A stretch of DNA of 45,461 nt from Octopus sinensis (lineage: Eukaryota). Both the position numbers and the translations under genes were made by a program. The stretch is taken from the NCBI RefSeq assembly GCF_006345805.1, contig NW_021834712.1, positions 1-45,461 of the forward strand. The letters run 5' to 3'. Shown here one piece after another: positions 26,485-38,777 of the stretch (positions are counted from its first letter, which is position 1; every line of letters begins with the position of its first letter). Under the pieces are notes generated by a model. It worked only from the letters and a program-made list of their open reading frames with translations, was not told the DNA's origin and ran no database searches.

Positions 26485-27175
26485 CGCATATATATATATA
26501 TAAATAGAAAGGTACAACGGACCCCAAAAGAGGCATTTCTTGAAACATTCACCTACTGAATTCATGAAATTTAGTTTTAGAGTCGATACTCGATACACAA
26601 ACACAAATGGACGGTGCGAAGAAATTAATTAATAGACGTTTGTAATTAATTTTGTGATTAATTTAAAAAAGAAAACAGCAACCTCATTTACAAGCAGGTG
26701 TGCCATTACGAATATAGTGTAAGGGACATAATTAGGAAAACTTTTTGAAAAACGAAATTACAAAAATTCAATTGATAATTTAAATTAAATTAGTATATCT
26801 AATGTAGCGATTAGAAATTATTGATTAAAATGTATAAATGAGCTATGAAAAACATTTATTGATTAATTTTAATATATCAAAAAGTATAATATATGAGATG
26901 TTTGCATGTTAAATACATTCATTTTGTATTCTCGAGGTGCCGGTTCAGATTCAGTGAAAATGCGAGACACATTGGGCGAATGATTTTTAATATAACCCCG
27001 AGCCGAGTAATGCTTAGAAAGTGAATTTATAAGATGTAAACTGTGTGAAAAGTCGTGTGGTTATGTAGCACCTTGCGCAAATATCTCCCATTGTAGCTTC
27101 CAATCGAATAAAGTTGTGGGTCGGATCGCTTGATAGAAACCGAAGACAAACTGTCGCATCTACATACAAGCATAT

Positions 27176-27220
<45 letters not shown>

Positions 27221-27296
27221 TATATATATAAATTTTTTGCGTAATGAGATAAAAAAAAACAAGGCTGTGTAGGTATTAGAACATTTATAGATAGAA

Positions 27297-27350
27297 GGTC
27301 TTACAGCTGTTTCCCGGATATTTATTAATTATATCCCTTCATCGGAGATG
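27297..27350 (-). ncRNA. Degenerate type-I hammerhead ribozyme motif (family D-HH)
   Basis: TCT-CCGATGA-A-GGGATAT(loop)ATATCCGG-GAAA-CAGCTG-TA-AGA, with palindromic helix III ACAGCTGT and a GUA site. Confidence 0.55.
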
Positions 27351-28368
27351 GTGTGAGAGGATGGTTAAGTAATAATTAATTTAGATAGGATACAAAATAG
27401 GGAGTGAGGTGGAGGAAAGAAAACAGATGTGAGATATTGAATTTGTAGACCCATTTTTTAGGCAGAATGGTATATATGTAAGATTCCAATAACTTATGAG
27501 AAAAATCCCACAGTATTTAAAATTGTCCATTCCAAGTATAGAGTTTATACACAATGTAAGATTCCAATACCTTATGAGTAAACAGTACTTAAACCCCTTA
27601 TTCTTAAAATCACCGAAACTGTAACTTAACTATGGTCTGTCTTATTCAGCATTGCCTACCACCTTTGGGTCTCAATGACACCATTATCTCTTATAACCTC
27701 AATTACTAATATATATATAATTGTCAGGTAGTGTTTTCGTGGCCTATTAATTTGAAAATGTGATTCGTAAGATCTGGAAACTTTTGAGTAATGAAATTTT
27801 GGAACGTTAATCTTCTAAACGTCCACTAAGCAACCAAGAATCCTTTATATAAGTGTTAAAACTCTGTGTGTCAGTGCGTGTTTGCGTGTGTGTGTATGTG
27901 TCTCAACGTGTTTAATAATTTATATTCATATACATAAGTATACATACGTGTGTATGTGTCAGTACGTATGTATGCATGCATGGACATATATTCGTATGCC
28001 TGTCTCTATTCTTTCCATTAATATTAAAGCTTGTGCATAATCATGCAATTTTGCTGAATATCTAATGAACAAAAAGATATTACGATGAATAAAATATGAT
28101 ATTTTTATCTTTTCACACATTTCCTTATCTTTATTTGTCTGAATGTGCGTCAGATAAGAAGAATGCAAAGTGATAAATTATTATAGATAATCATTAAATT
28201 AAATAGATAAGCCTATCAGGGCATCAGTTAAAGAATACATAAGGAACCGTGATCGATTTCTTAGCCAGCAAATGCTTTATACGTATCTCATACACAATGT
28301 TACTCTTTACGCCATCTTATCTGTGTTTTCGATAAACCCTGAGTTGATGGTAAGAATAAATATTAACC

Positions 28369-28419
<51 letters not shown>

Positions 28420-28520
28420 GTAATGATAATTCTGCTCCTCGTCCTACTGATCCTGCTGCAGGCGTTACTAATTCTACCACCGTTAATAGTGCTGCTACCA
28501 TTACTACAATAAATATTATT

Positions 28521-28919
28521 CTTTTCTACTCTGAGCACAAGGCCCGTAATTTTGGAGGAAGGGGAGCAGTCGATTATATCGACCCCAATACGCAACTGGT
28601 ACTTAACTTATCGATCCCGAAAGGATGAAAGGCAAAATCGACCTCAGCGGAATTTGAACTCAGAACGTAAAGACAGACGAAATACCTATTTCTTTATTAC
28701 CCACAAGGGGCTAAACATAGAGGGGGAAAACAAGGACAGACAAAGGTATTAAGTCGATTACATCGACCCCAGTGCGTAACTGGTACTTAATTTATCGACC
28801 CCGAAAGGATGAAAGGCAAAGTCGACCTCAGTGGAATCTGAACTCAGAACGTAACGGCAGACGAAATACTGCTAAGCATTTCGCCCTGCGTGCTAACGTT
28901 TCTGCCAGCTCGTCGCTTA
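28521..28919 (-). mobile_element. SINE family C, dimeric copy C5; tail (TAG/CAG/AAT)n at 28367-28520
   Basis: Reverse complement of C1, including the same dimer junction GAAATACCTATTTCTTTATTACCCACAAGGGG. Confidence 0.85.
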
Positions 28920-28967
28920 CCGAAAATGTTATTACTAACACTACTAATATCCATAACGATAATAATG

Positions 28968-29273
28968 ATCCTTTTTACTATAGGTACAATACCTCAAATT
29001 TGGGGAGGAGGACAGTCGATTACATCGTAACAAGTGCTTAACCACTAATTAAATTAAGCTACTCCGAAATGCAAGTTCGACCTCGGCTTAATTTGAACTC
29101 GGAACATATAGACTGACGCATAACGGTAGTAATTCGCTCTGCTAAAGGCTCAAAGCCTGGAATTTGTTGGGAGGGGAGCAGTCAATTACATCGACTCCAG
29201 TGCTCAACTGCTACTTAACTCATCGACCGGAAAGTATGGAAGGCAACGTCGACCTCGGTAGAATTTGAACTTA
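28968..29273 (-). mobile_element. Two further diverged family-C SINE fragments (about 28968-29120 and 29143-29273)
   Basis: Each has GGAGG..CAGTC.ATTACATCG and TCGACCTCGG..AATTTGAACT. Confidence 0.7.
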
Positions 29274-29686
29274 GTCCAGAGTGATGGATGCATAAGGATA
29301 TCACCAGCGTTAACATGATACACATTGATAATGTCGATAAATGATTGTGTGAGTGCGTCTTTGCATATGCTGGGATATGTGTGTGTCTAATTGAACCGTT
29401 GAATGCACTTTTAGCCAATTACTCGTACACATACATAAGCACACACACACACACACTTAAATACAAACAGACACATACAATCTGATGCAAATGCATACAC
29501 ACATATGTGTGTATATATATTTACATGTATATACATATATCCATCTATGTATAACACACGTACAGACACATATATATATATGTAGTATGCATAAGTGTAT
29601 TCGTACATATATGATAAGTATGTATATATGTATGCACATATATATATGTGTGTCTGTGTACGTGTGAATGCATGCATATATGTATG

Positions 29687-29729
<43 letters not shown>

Positions 29730-30582
29730 ATGCATGTGTGAATATATACATATATGCATATACGTATGTATGCATGTATGTATGTGTTTACGTGCGTATA
29801 TATGTATGACTGGATGTTTGTATATACATATTTATGCATGTATGTAAGTATGTGTGTATGTATATATGTATGCATGCATGCATGTATGTATGCATGTATG
29901 TATGTATGTATGCATGTATGTATGTATGTATGTATGTATCTATTTATGTGTGTATGTATGTGTTTTGTATGTATGTATGTATGTATGTATGTATGTATGT
30001 GTTTGTATGTATGTATGTATGTATGTATGTATGTATGTATGTATGTATGTATGTATGCATGTATGTATTATCAGAGCAGAACATTTGAGAGGAATTCAAA
30101 TTAACGCGCAGCTGATAAGACTTAAAATGGCGTCATTGCCCTGATGAGGCAAATACAGGTGAAGAATTCTTGTAAAATTTCTTATAAATTTCCTCTGTTT
30201 TTTGCTTTTCCTCATTTCGTATTTTACAGAAATTCGCCAAGGAAACCAATGTTCTTAGTGTTCACAAGTTACTGATACTGTCGCAATTGTTTTGTTGCTT
30301 TGATATTTTTGGGGTTCATTTTTCTTGCTTTGCTATTTTTTGCTCGTTTTGTTTTGATTTTCGTAGGTGTTTATTGTTCCCAGCAGGTGATAAATTCTGT
30401 TATAATAAAGTACATCCTCTAATTATCAACATCACGCAGCTAAAACGAATTCTTTTTATCTCTGTATGCGTGTATGGCTCCTAGTGCACACTCTTTCTCT
30501 CTGTCTCTCTCTCTCTCTCACTCTGTCTTTCTCTCTCTTTTTTCCCGGTGTGTGTATGCATATATGTGTGTGTATGTGTGTG

Positions 30583-30658
<76 letters not shown>

Positions 30659-30686
30659 CATAATACATACGTGTAACACTATATAT

Positions 30687-30720
<34 letters not shown>

Positions 30721-31506
30721 TATTATATACACAGGCAGACAGATAGTAAGATAGAAGAAGAGAGAGAGAGTTATAGTAAGAACAATTTTACATTAATCTG
30801 ATTGGTTATTCTGTACTTTTCAGAGTACAAATTTATTATTCGTAAACAAAATTGTCTTTTCAGTGACTTCGAAGTCGAAATTTGGAAATCACTGCCAACA
30901 ACATTCTCGTTTTCAAGAATATTATATAGGTCGATGGAAAAGGTGGTATCTACATAAATATAAATTTCTTAGTATGTGTGCAACTCTAATTGTATGGTGA
31001 TTGCGTGCGTGTGTGTATGTGTGTGTGTGCGTGTGTAACTTCGTGTAGGTGTGTATTAATTTATGCTTTTTAAATGAAAATCTTTTCTTTAAAAGAATAA
31101 TTACGAAAAAGACGATAAAATCCTGATATATCAATTTTGAGGTGGAAACTGTTCAGACGCTAACTTCAAAGTTTCGCCTTTAGCCAGCTTCACAGGAAAT
31201 GTGGCAAAGCCGAAACTATGTAAAATTGAAATCATATTCATACTTTGGTGAAATATGCATATATATATATACATATATAAATATATAGATATAGATGCAC
31301 CCCCTACCCCCCATATATATGCAGTTATATCTATTTATCTATGTATCTCTATCTATCCATCCATATACTTATCGTTCTAGATATATATATATATATATGG
31401 AATGTGTCATCAAAACTGTGCCGGTACATTACTCTTCATCCATTTTTACGTTTTGTACAATTGGGGCAGTGTGTGTATATATATATATATATATTATATA
31501 CATATG

Positions 31507-31923
31507 TTAAGTAGCTTGCTTACCTACCAGATGGTTCTGGGTTCAGTCCCCCTGCGTGACACCTTGGGCAAGTATCTTTTACTATAGCCTCGGGCCGACC
31601 AAAGACCTGTGAATGGATTTCGTTGAGGGAAAATGAAAGAAACCCTTCATATATATGTATATATATATATATATATATGTATGTATATATATATGTTTGT
31701 GTGTGTGTGTGTGTGTGTGTGTCTGTCTGCGTTTGTCCCCCACCATCGCTTGACAACCGATGCTGGTGTGTTTACATACCCGTAACTTAGCGCCTCGGCA
31801 AAACAGACCGATAGAATAAGTACTAGGCTTACAAAGAATAAGTCCTGATGTCGATTCGCTCGACTAAAGGTGGTGCTCTAGCATGGCCACAGTCAAATGA
31901 CTGAAACAATTAAAAGAGTAAGA

Positions 31924-31925
<2 letters not shown>
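31507..31925 (+). mobile_element. CORE-type SINE family D with an internal (TA)n(TG)n microsatellite
   Basis: GGGTTCAGTCCC B-box-like motif and CACCTTGGGCAAGT (CORE-like); internal microsatellite at 31650-31720; 3' end GGTGCTC..CAGTCAAATGACTGAAAC..AAAAGAGT. Confidence 0.82.
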
Positions 31926-31960
<35 letters not shown>

Positions 31961-32491
31961 AATGTAATACTAAGTAATTAAGGGTTAGCAACGATTTGCC
32001 TCACCACACACCGTGTTTAGAAATAGCAGTCAAAGAGTTATAGCTATTCCTTCTACTAGAAGGGAGATCTCAGTAAAACCACAGCACTTGAAAGGCAAAC
32101 GCAGGCAAGAGAGAAAGAAATGACGACAATCATACAATATTAAGTCACCTACGGACGTACGTTTCGAAATTAAGTTTTAGGAAAGCATAAGAATTAGATA
32201 ATTATGTCTTACCCAACTATTTTTCTCATCAGCGTAGGACTCTACGATTATGAATAATTAAATATTAAATTTCGAGGTACTAGAAGACATCACCTCAACT
32301 CATAGTATCAGAGCGAGCTAAAGCCGTTACCAGTATCACCAAATTCAAAGTGTGAATGAAAGTTTGTGTCACCAACCCCCTCCCACCAGCGTGCTGCCAG
32401 GACAAGATATAGGAATGCATATTTATGTATATTTAAACAGATCAAAGAAAGAAGCATAAATACATGAAATGACATTAGTTACAGTGGGATG

Positions 32492-33674
32492 AGAAATAGG
32501 AAATCCGTTGGAAAAAACAAAAACAGAACAGAGGCGGAGCAAAACAAATCGAACGAGGCTCCTAAGAGCCAAACTGTTTATCAATGTATGTTGAAAAACG
32601 GGTGGTGGGTGCGTTGAAGATTTTAACGGGTCAGGCAGCGGTCATTCCGTGGGTGAGAGCACGGGGTGCGTAAGATGTTCTTTGTGACCGAGACTAAGTT
32701 CTTGACTATTTAAAGAATTATAGGTGTATTATTTCGAGACGTGAATAAATGCCCAGACCACGGGATTAAGCAAGCTAATATGGCGATTGAAGAAGAATAC
32801 GAACTCAAGCTACAGGCTGGAATGGGATGGTCAATTTGTCGGTGGCCCTCCCATTTGGACAGGGCAGAAGGAAGTGCAACCTTTGTGTCTCCGAACTCTT
32901 CCATATATTGTTCCGAGAGAACGGATGGTAACGGAACTTTACAGTCGGCTTTCGATGCCCCATTGGCGGCGTTATACTTATCTTGCTCTATAAATAACGC
33001 TTATAAATGATACCTGCACCGGTTACACACTTATATGAAAATAGCCCTTGAAATAAATTCTGAAAAGCTTTTAAGAGAAATATGATTAACCATTGCAAGG
33101 GAACTTACTCCTGGGAGACGAATGGTGTTTTGTCTTGACGACGGGGGGTGGGGTTCTTTGACAAGGCATGATTAGACGAACACACGCACACATAAAATAT
33201 TTTTCTGCCGCCCACGGATTTTACAGCAGGACCATTGTGTAGGGCTGTTTACCAACTGATGGCCGCGCGATCAAACGCTCATACGTACACATAAAATATT
33301 TCTACCCCTGACGGATTTCTCAGCAGTGATGAGAGTGTTGTGGTTCTAGCCTTCTTACCAACTGCCGGCCCGCGCATATATGAACAGTACACACACACAT
33401 GTTTCTAAGTAGATTTTCCTCGCCCCATATAATACACCTAATATTCTTTAAATAGTCAGAACTTTAGTCTCGGTCACAAAGAACATCTACGCACCCCGTG
33501 CTCTCACCCACCGGAATGACCGCTGCCTGACCCGTTAAAATCTTCAACGCACCCACCACCCGATTTCAACATACATTGATAAACAGTTTGGCCATGGCCT
33601 TAGGAGCCTCGTTCGATTTGTTTTGCTGCGCCTCTGTTCTGTGTTTTGTTTTTTCCAACGGATTTCCTATTTCT
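32492..33674. repeat. Fold-back structure: ~240-bp inverted arms (32492-32732 and 33429-33674) around a ~700-bp spacer
   Basis: The arms are reverse complements with few indels, e.g. GGGTCAGGCAGCGGTCATTCCG versus CGGAATGACCGCTGCCTGACCC. No TSD was found. Confidence 0.93.
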
Positions 33675-33751
33675 TCCTGAAGAGAAAGACAATATGGTCT
33701 CCTTATTCAAACGGAATTTGGTAAATTGTGCCTTTCGAAACACGTGTAGAA
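33674..33751 (+). ncRNA. Type-I hammerhead ribozyme with canonical core
   Basis: TTC-CTGAAGA-GAAAG/ACAAT..ATTGT-GC-CTTTC-GAAA-CACGTG-TA-GAA. G10.1-C11.1 is intact, helix III is the palindrome ACACGTGT, the GUA site ends at 33748, and AATAAA follows at 33755. Confidence 0.72.
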
Positions 33752-35042
33752 TGCAATAAAACGATTTCTGTTCAATCTTCGTTCAACTCCATTTCTTCAA
33801 TTCACTAATAATATACTGATATATATATATATATATACTGATATATAAAACTCAATGTGTGCGTGTGCGCACCATTATGTATGTGTGTTTGTCTGTGTAC
33901 ATTCTTATACTATTTTTTAACACAGTTGTTATGAATATCATTGCTTGTCTATCTGTCTGAATGCCAGACTTAATTTGTGTTGCCAATTCATTTAAGTATG
34001 TTTCTCCCTGAAAGTTTGGAACTTGTGATACGATTAAATTGCCTTCATTTTTCAGTAGGATATTCGTTGAATGTTTTCAAACTGGACAACATTGTGTCTT
34101 GGTGCATTAAGATATATCTTTTGCTGTCGAATTTCTTTCACCTGTTGTTGCTATAAGCTCAGCAACTGATGTGATGAACATCATTCAAAAAGTGCAGGGG
34201 ATTTGTCCGATGTTACATTCCAGAAAGATATATATCACGTAAAAATCTAAAGCAAAATGTTGTTGGAATTTTTGCATATCACAAAAATACAAAGCATAAC
34301 GAACGGAGACACACGAGATAAAAAGTCATTGAAGAGGTCTCAGGATGTGCGACGAAAGAGCTTTGTCAAAGAAGCAATGTGGTAAAGTTAAAGCAAGCAT
34401 AAATAAAACTAAACATATGCTATAACTATCCCCACGTATAACAACATCTTCCATATTTTGTTTTCTGTAATTTCAACCTACTCATGATATATCTTTGCTT
34501 TTGTCTAGACCTTGTCCCCAAGTCTTCAGTTGACATATTGCTGCCTAACATACCACAGAATATTTCACAATATATTTTGGGTGAGTAATAAGTTAACGAA
34601 TATTATTTTTAGCTTCTGTTTTTTTCAATCTTGCTGGAGGTGTTCTCTTGTTTAAATATCTTATTCACAAAACTTATTGAACGAAAATTCTTTTCTACTA
34701 GAATGAATGAATTTTTCTTTTCTTTCTGCATTTAAATGAAAATCTTTCGATCAATATACGACAAACTGCGCAGAAGACTATGTTTATCCTGTTCAATATT
34801 GTTGATATTACCTATTTCCAAGTCAGCTACGCTGGAATATACAATGATCACATATGTTCCGTCTATGACAATCCTCTTAATTTTTCAGACATATTGAATC
34901 TAGGACTTCAATGCCAAACATCTTTCATTTGTGAGGCGGCAGATTGCAAATTTTGGAGACATATTCTTGTGATACCCCAAGCTAGTCGAACGATTCTAAA
35001 ATGGCTCTTAATAGTTCATCCAGTAACTATGAAAGAATAATA

Positions 35043-35316
35043 TGACGTAGTGGTTAAGAGCGCGGGCTACTAACCCCAAGATTCCGAGTTCGATTCCAAG
35101 CAGTGACCTGAACAATAGTAATAATAATAATAACATCGAAAAATACCTTAGGAATGAGAACCCAGTTTCGAAATTTCCCCAAGACACCTGATGAAGGCTG
35201 GAGGGTAAATCAGCCGAAACGTTGTGTTAGCAACAAACAAGATGAGGGCAAATATCCGTGAGATGTACATAATGTAAATAATGTACATAATTCCTCATCT
35301 CTTAAATATAGAAATG
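35043..35316 (+). mobile_element. tRNA-headed SINE-like element carrying a hammerhead motif
   Basis: A box TGACGTAGTGG at 35043-35053, anticodon-arm-like GGGCTACTAACCC, B box GTTCGATTCC at 35088-35097, (AAT)n linker, then the hammerhead. Confidence 0.8.
35183..35228 (+). ncRNA. Minimal type-I hammerhead ribozyme motif
   Basis: GACAC-CTGATGA-A-GGCTG(10-nt loop)CAGCC-GAAA-CG-TT-GTGTT. Helix I is GACAC/GTGTT, helix II has 5 bp, helix III is the palindrome ACGT, and the GUU site ends at 35223. Confidence 0.72.
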
Positions 35317-36285
35317 TATGTTTATCGTGTTCAATAATATATTGTTGAAATTACCTATTTCCAGGTCAAATGATCACATCTATTCCGTCTATGACAATCC
35401 TATCTTAATTTTTCAAACATATTGAATCTAGTACTTCAATACCAAATATCTCCTTTCATTTGTGAGGCGGCAGATTGCAATTTTGGAGACATATTCTTGT
35501 GATACCCCAAGCTAGTCGAACGATTCTAAAATCTCTCTTAATAGTTCATCCACTAACTATAAAAGAATCATACACGCTTCTTATAGTGTTCCACGATTAA
35601 CTATCAAATTCGTACAACAATATCTAATTCATCTTTAATTATAAGAAAACTACTATCCGTCTACCTTTCCAAGAAACATTTCATCCCTGTTTTCTAACTA
35701 CTTTGTATATTTCGATTTTCTTTTTCTCACCAGTCTTCGAGCTATATTTTGATTAGAATGTATTGATATCTCTGAAATGTAGATAACAAAATACATTATG
35801 TTAACGTTATTTTAAATGATAAACTTTTGGTACTTAATCTAAATTTCTCATCAGTTCCCGACGATAATACATATTGTATTTCTGCAATTAGTGCTTTTTT
35901 GTGTTTGTTTCGTGAATTTTTAAAAACTTTTTTTACTCTGTTTTTGATTACAGTGTTTTTTTTTTGTATTTCCAATTTTGTTTCGTTTATTTTTTGCTGT
36001 TAATGTACTTTGTTTTATATTATTGTTGTTCTTGCTCTATTACAAGTTGTCATCTCCATTGCTCTGGAGATTATTATCATTACAACTATATCTTGAACCG
36101 AATGAGTTGCTGATGCAGCGGTTTCTAGTAGATTTTCACTCAGGAATGCAAACCGCCGGAAAAGAGGCAATTGGAAAAAAGAAAGGTATTTTCGGAATTC
36201 CGTTCACAAACACACACACCTTCATATGTGTGTGTTTTATATGCGTGTCTTTGTGTGTGTGTGTGTTTGTATCATATATGATATA

Positions 36286-36328
<43 letters not shown>

Positions 36329-36334
36329 CATACA

Positions 36335-36368
<34 letters not shown>

Positions 36369-36373
36369 CTTAC

Positions 36374-36412
<39 letters not shown>

Positions 36413-37554
36413 TGTATGTATGTATATGTATATATTTATATATATATATTCGTTCGTGTGCTGTGTTTTTTGAGCGTGCGTGAATATGTGAGTGAGTGTA
36501 TGTGAGTGTTTAGTCTACTTTCATCATTATGTATCCTTATCACTTACATCATCTGCGATTCTTGTAAACCCCTTTTTGTTTTTAGGGCATCACGGAATAA
36601 TTGATTTTTGTGTTACGCAGGATTTTATGGAAAATAATATTGTTATTGTTGTTGCAGTTTCCATTGTTGTTATGTCTCGTCACCGCCATTGTCACTATCA
36701 TGTTTGTTGTTGCTACAACTGCACTTCTTGATTTCATTGTTGTCCTTTAGATCAGTTAAGTGCCGATTGCATAACCTTATTATCAAAGTATGTTCTGTTC
36801 TGACCATTTTAGCATTTTCTACTCTAAAGAATATTTTACCCTATATATCCTTCCGTTGCTAACATAGCGTTTGATTTGATAGAGATCAGGCTACTATTTC
36901 TAGCAGGCCGTGTGCCTGCATTTATGAGGTTGATTTGTTGGTGCTCACTACAGCCGTTTCCTACTAATAAACAAAGAGTACATGTATGTGCGAATTATTA
37001 GTATTCTCGCTATTATTGAGTTGCAGGTGAATATCAATTGTAAATAGCGATAACCACACATATTTTGGCTATGCTGGTCCCGTCTTTTCTACTAAGATGC
37101 TTTCGATTTCTTTATGGAAAAATGGTATGTCTCATTTCTGATGCTATCACGCAGTTCACATCACCAATTTACATCTTGAGTAACTTTAGAGGAATCCTCT
37201 GTGATACAGTCATTCGGACCGGGTTTTCGATTTGAAAATACTTTCCTTTGATGCCCCAAACCTCAGAAACCTTACAAATTGTCAATTTTATTTTAGTAAG
37301 CAGTACATTCCATCCTGAAAAAAAGATAAAAGGCAGCGGTTTTATTTTTGGAAGAATGGACTGTTACTTCTGGTACATCTGACAACAAAATATGAACTCA
37401 TGTAGATTGACCAAAGCACAGTGTATATTTTAAAGAGAGGTTATATCTCTCCACTGTTGGATGTATTCTCCATGGATGACGAAATTTCGTCTTTCTGCAG
37501 AACGGCTACCGCTTTTGCATTAACTTCACGTCGAGCGAGTTGTGTGTCGGTCTA

Positions 37555-37697
37555 AATCCGCAATTATTGCTAACTGAATGGACTGCAGTAACGTGAGGGT
37601 AAAGGGACTTGTCCAAGGAGACGATATCCTCCCTCGATGGAATCCAATCCACGATGTTACGTCTGAGAGCACAGATCCCTAACCACTATGCTGCACA
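37555..37697 (-). mobile_element. Diverged 5' part of an A/B-type tRNA SINE
   Basis: The minus strand reads GCAGCATAGTGGTTAGGG..GGATTGGATTCC..TCCTTGGACAAGTCCCTTTACCCTCACGTTACTGCAGTCCATTCAG. Confidence 0.55.
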
Positions 37698-37713
37698 TTG
37701 CAATTCATACATG

Positions 37714-37923
<210 letters not shown>

Positions 37924-38705
37924 TGTTTCTTTATTAGCCACACATGGCTGCACACAGATAGAACAAATTACAAGGTAGAGCTTTTCTTTTGGGGGTAAAA
38001 AAAAAAGGAGTGGTGGTTTTCGATCAAAAGGGATCGTAAAAGGAAAGAAAGAGGACTAAAAAAAAGGGAGGGGTTAATAATAAAAAAAAAAAATAAATAA
38101 AAAAAAGGTGGGGGGAGAGCAAAAAAATTGATCAATAGGGATCGTTATCACAGAAACGTCAATATGAAGTGTAAAGGGGAGAACAGGTGAGGTTTACCCG
38201 TGGAAAGAAAAGCCTACGGAAAAGACCACGGTAACCTCGGTCAATGAAGTCACATGTTATATTTCTTTTTTTTTGCAAATAAGCAACTCTCTGTATTAAT
38301 TTTTATGGTTCATAGAATCATAGTCAAGGTGGCTTCGTCATTCATACGTGCCATCCTTGCTACATTCACCCATCTTTTTTTAAAACATTCACTAGACAAA
38401 ACTTGCCTCTCTACTCTCACTTTCCTCTTCAAGTGATACTTGAAGAAGTTGATGAGAGATTGACCAGAGAGGAAAGTGTTTGTCTCTAATCCTTTCAGGC
38501 GCGTCCACCAGATACATTCTTTCGCCATAGCCACAAGTATGATAAAAATAGCTCTTCCTTCCCGTTTGAAGGAAGGAGGCGTGACGATATTAACGATAGA
38601 CTCGGCTGATAAACCGACACGTCCCACACGTGACAGCAGTCGTTCGACATAAGCCCACAGGTCGGAAATTGCTGGACACTGCACGATTGCGTGCAGAGCG
38701 GTTTC

Positions 38706-38706
<1 letters not shown>
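37924..38706 (-). mobile_element. 5'-truncated Tx1-clade LINE, copy 3
   Basis: ORF 38310-38684 (QCPAISDLWAYVER...NDEATLTMIL*) gives the intact ORF2 C-terminus. The 3' UTR matches copies 1 and 2. Confidence 0.93.

Positions 38707-38777
<71 letters not shown>
38707..38777. repeat. (GATA)n array at the 5' truncation point of Tx1 copy 3
   Basis: Perfect units start immediately after GGTTTCG. Confidence 0.97.

Larger units (their letters stand above)
34779..35572 (+). repeat. ~260-bp direct repeats (34779-35043 and 35317-35572) flanking a tRNA-headed unit
   Basis: Long identical stretches such as TTTGTGAGGCGGCAGATTGCAA and TTTTGGAGACATATTCTTGTGATACCCCAAGCTAGTCGAACGATTCTAAAAT, with indels elsewhere. 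Confidence 0.93.

Noticed and set aside
30138-30260. CCTGATGAGGC as a hammerhead start
   Set aside because: No helix II closing onto GAAA and no helix III or cleavage triplet.
31150-31230. GGCAAAGCCGAAACTATGTA and opposite-strand CTGTGAAG..GGCGAAAC
   Set aside because: The catalytic CUGANGA is missing, so at best a heavily decayed remnant.
32800-32920. KLQA-EWDGQFV resembling a Gypsy integrase GPY/F motif
   Set aside because: Requires a frameshift, is very short, and has no other integrase motifs nearby.
32492-33674. Mutator/MITE annotation of the fold-back
   Set aside because: No target-site duplication and no transposase trace. It is kept as an unclassified inverted repeat.
35043-35110. 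Functional tRNA gene (also the heads at 2900, 19509 and 20010)
   Set aside because: The acceptor stem is missing or unpaired and the heads continue into repeat bodies, so these are SINE heads.
37150-37310. Strong minus-strand acceptor (TTTTTTTCAG at about 37310) with a short open frame
   Set aside because: No recognisable protein, and such acceptors are common in AT-rich DNA.
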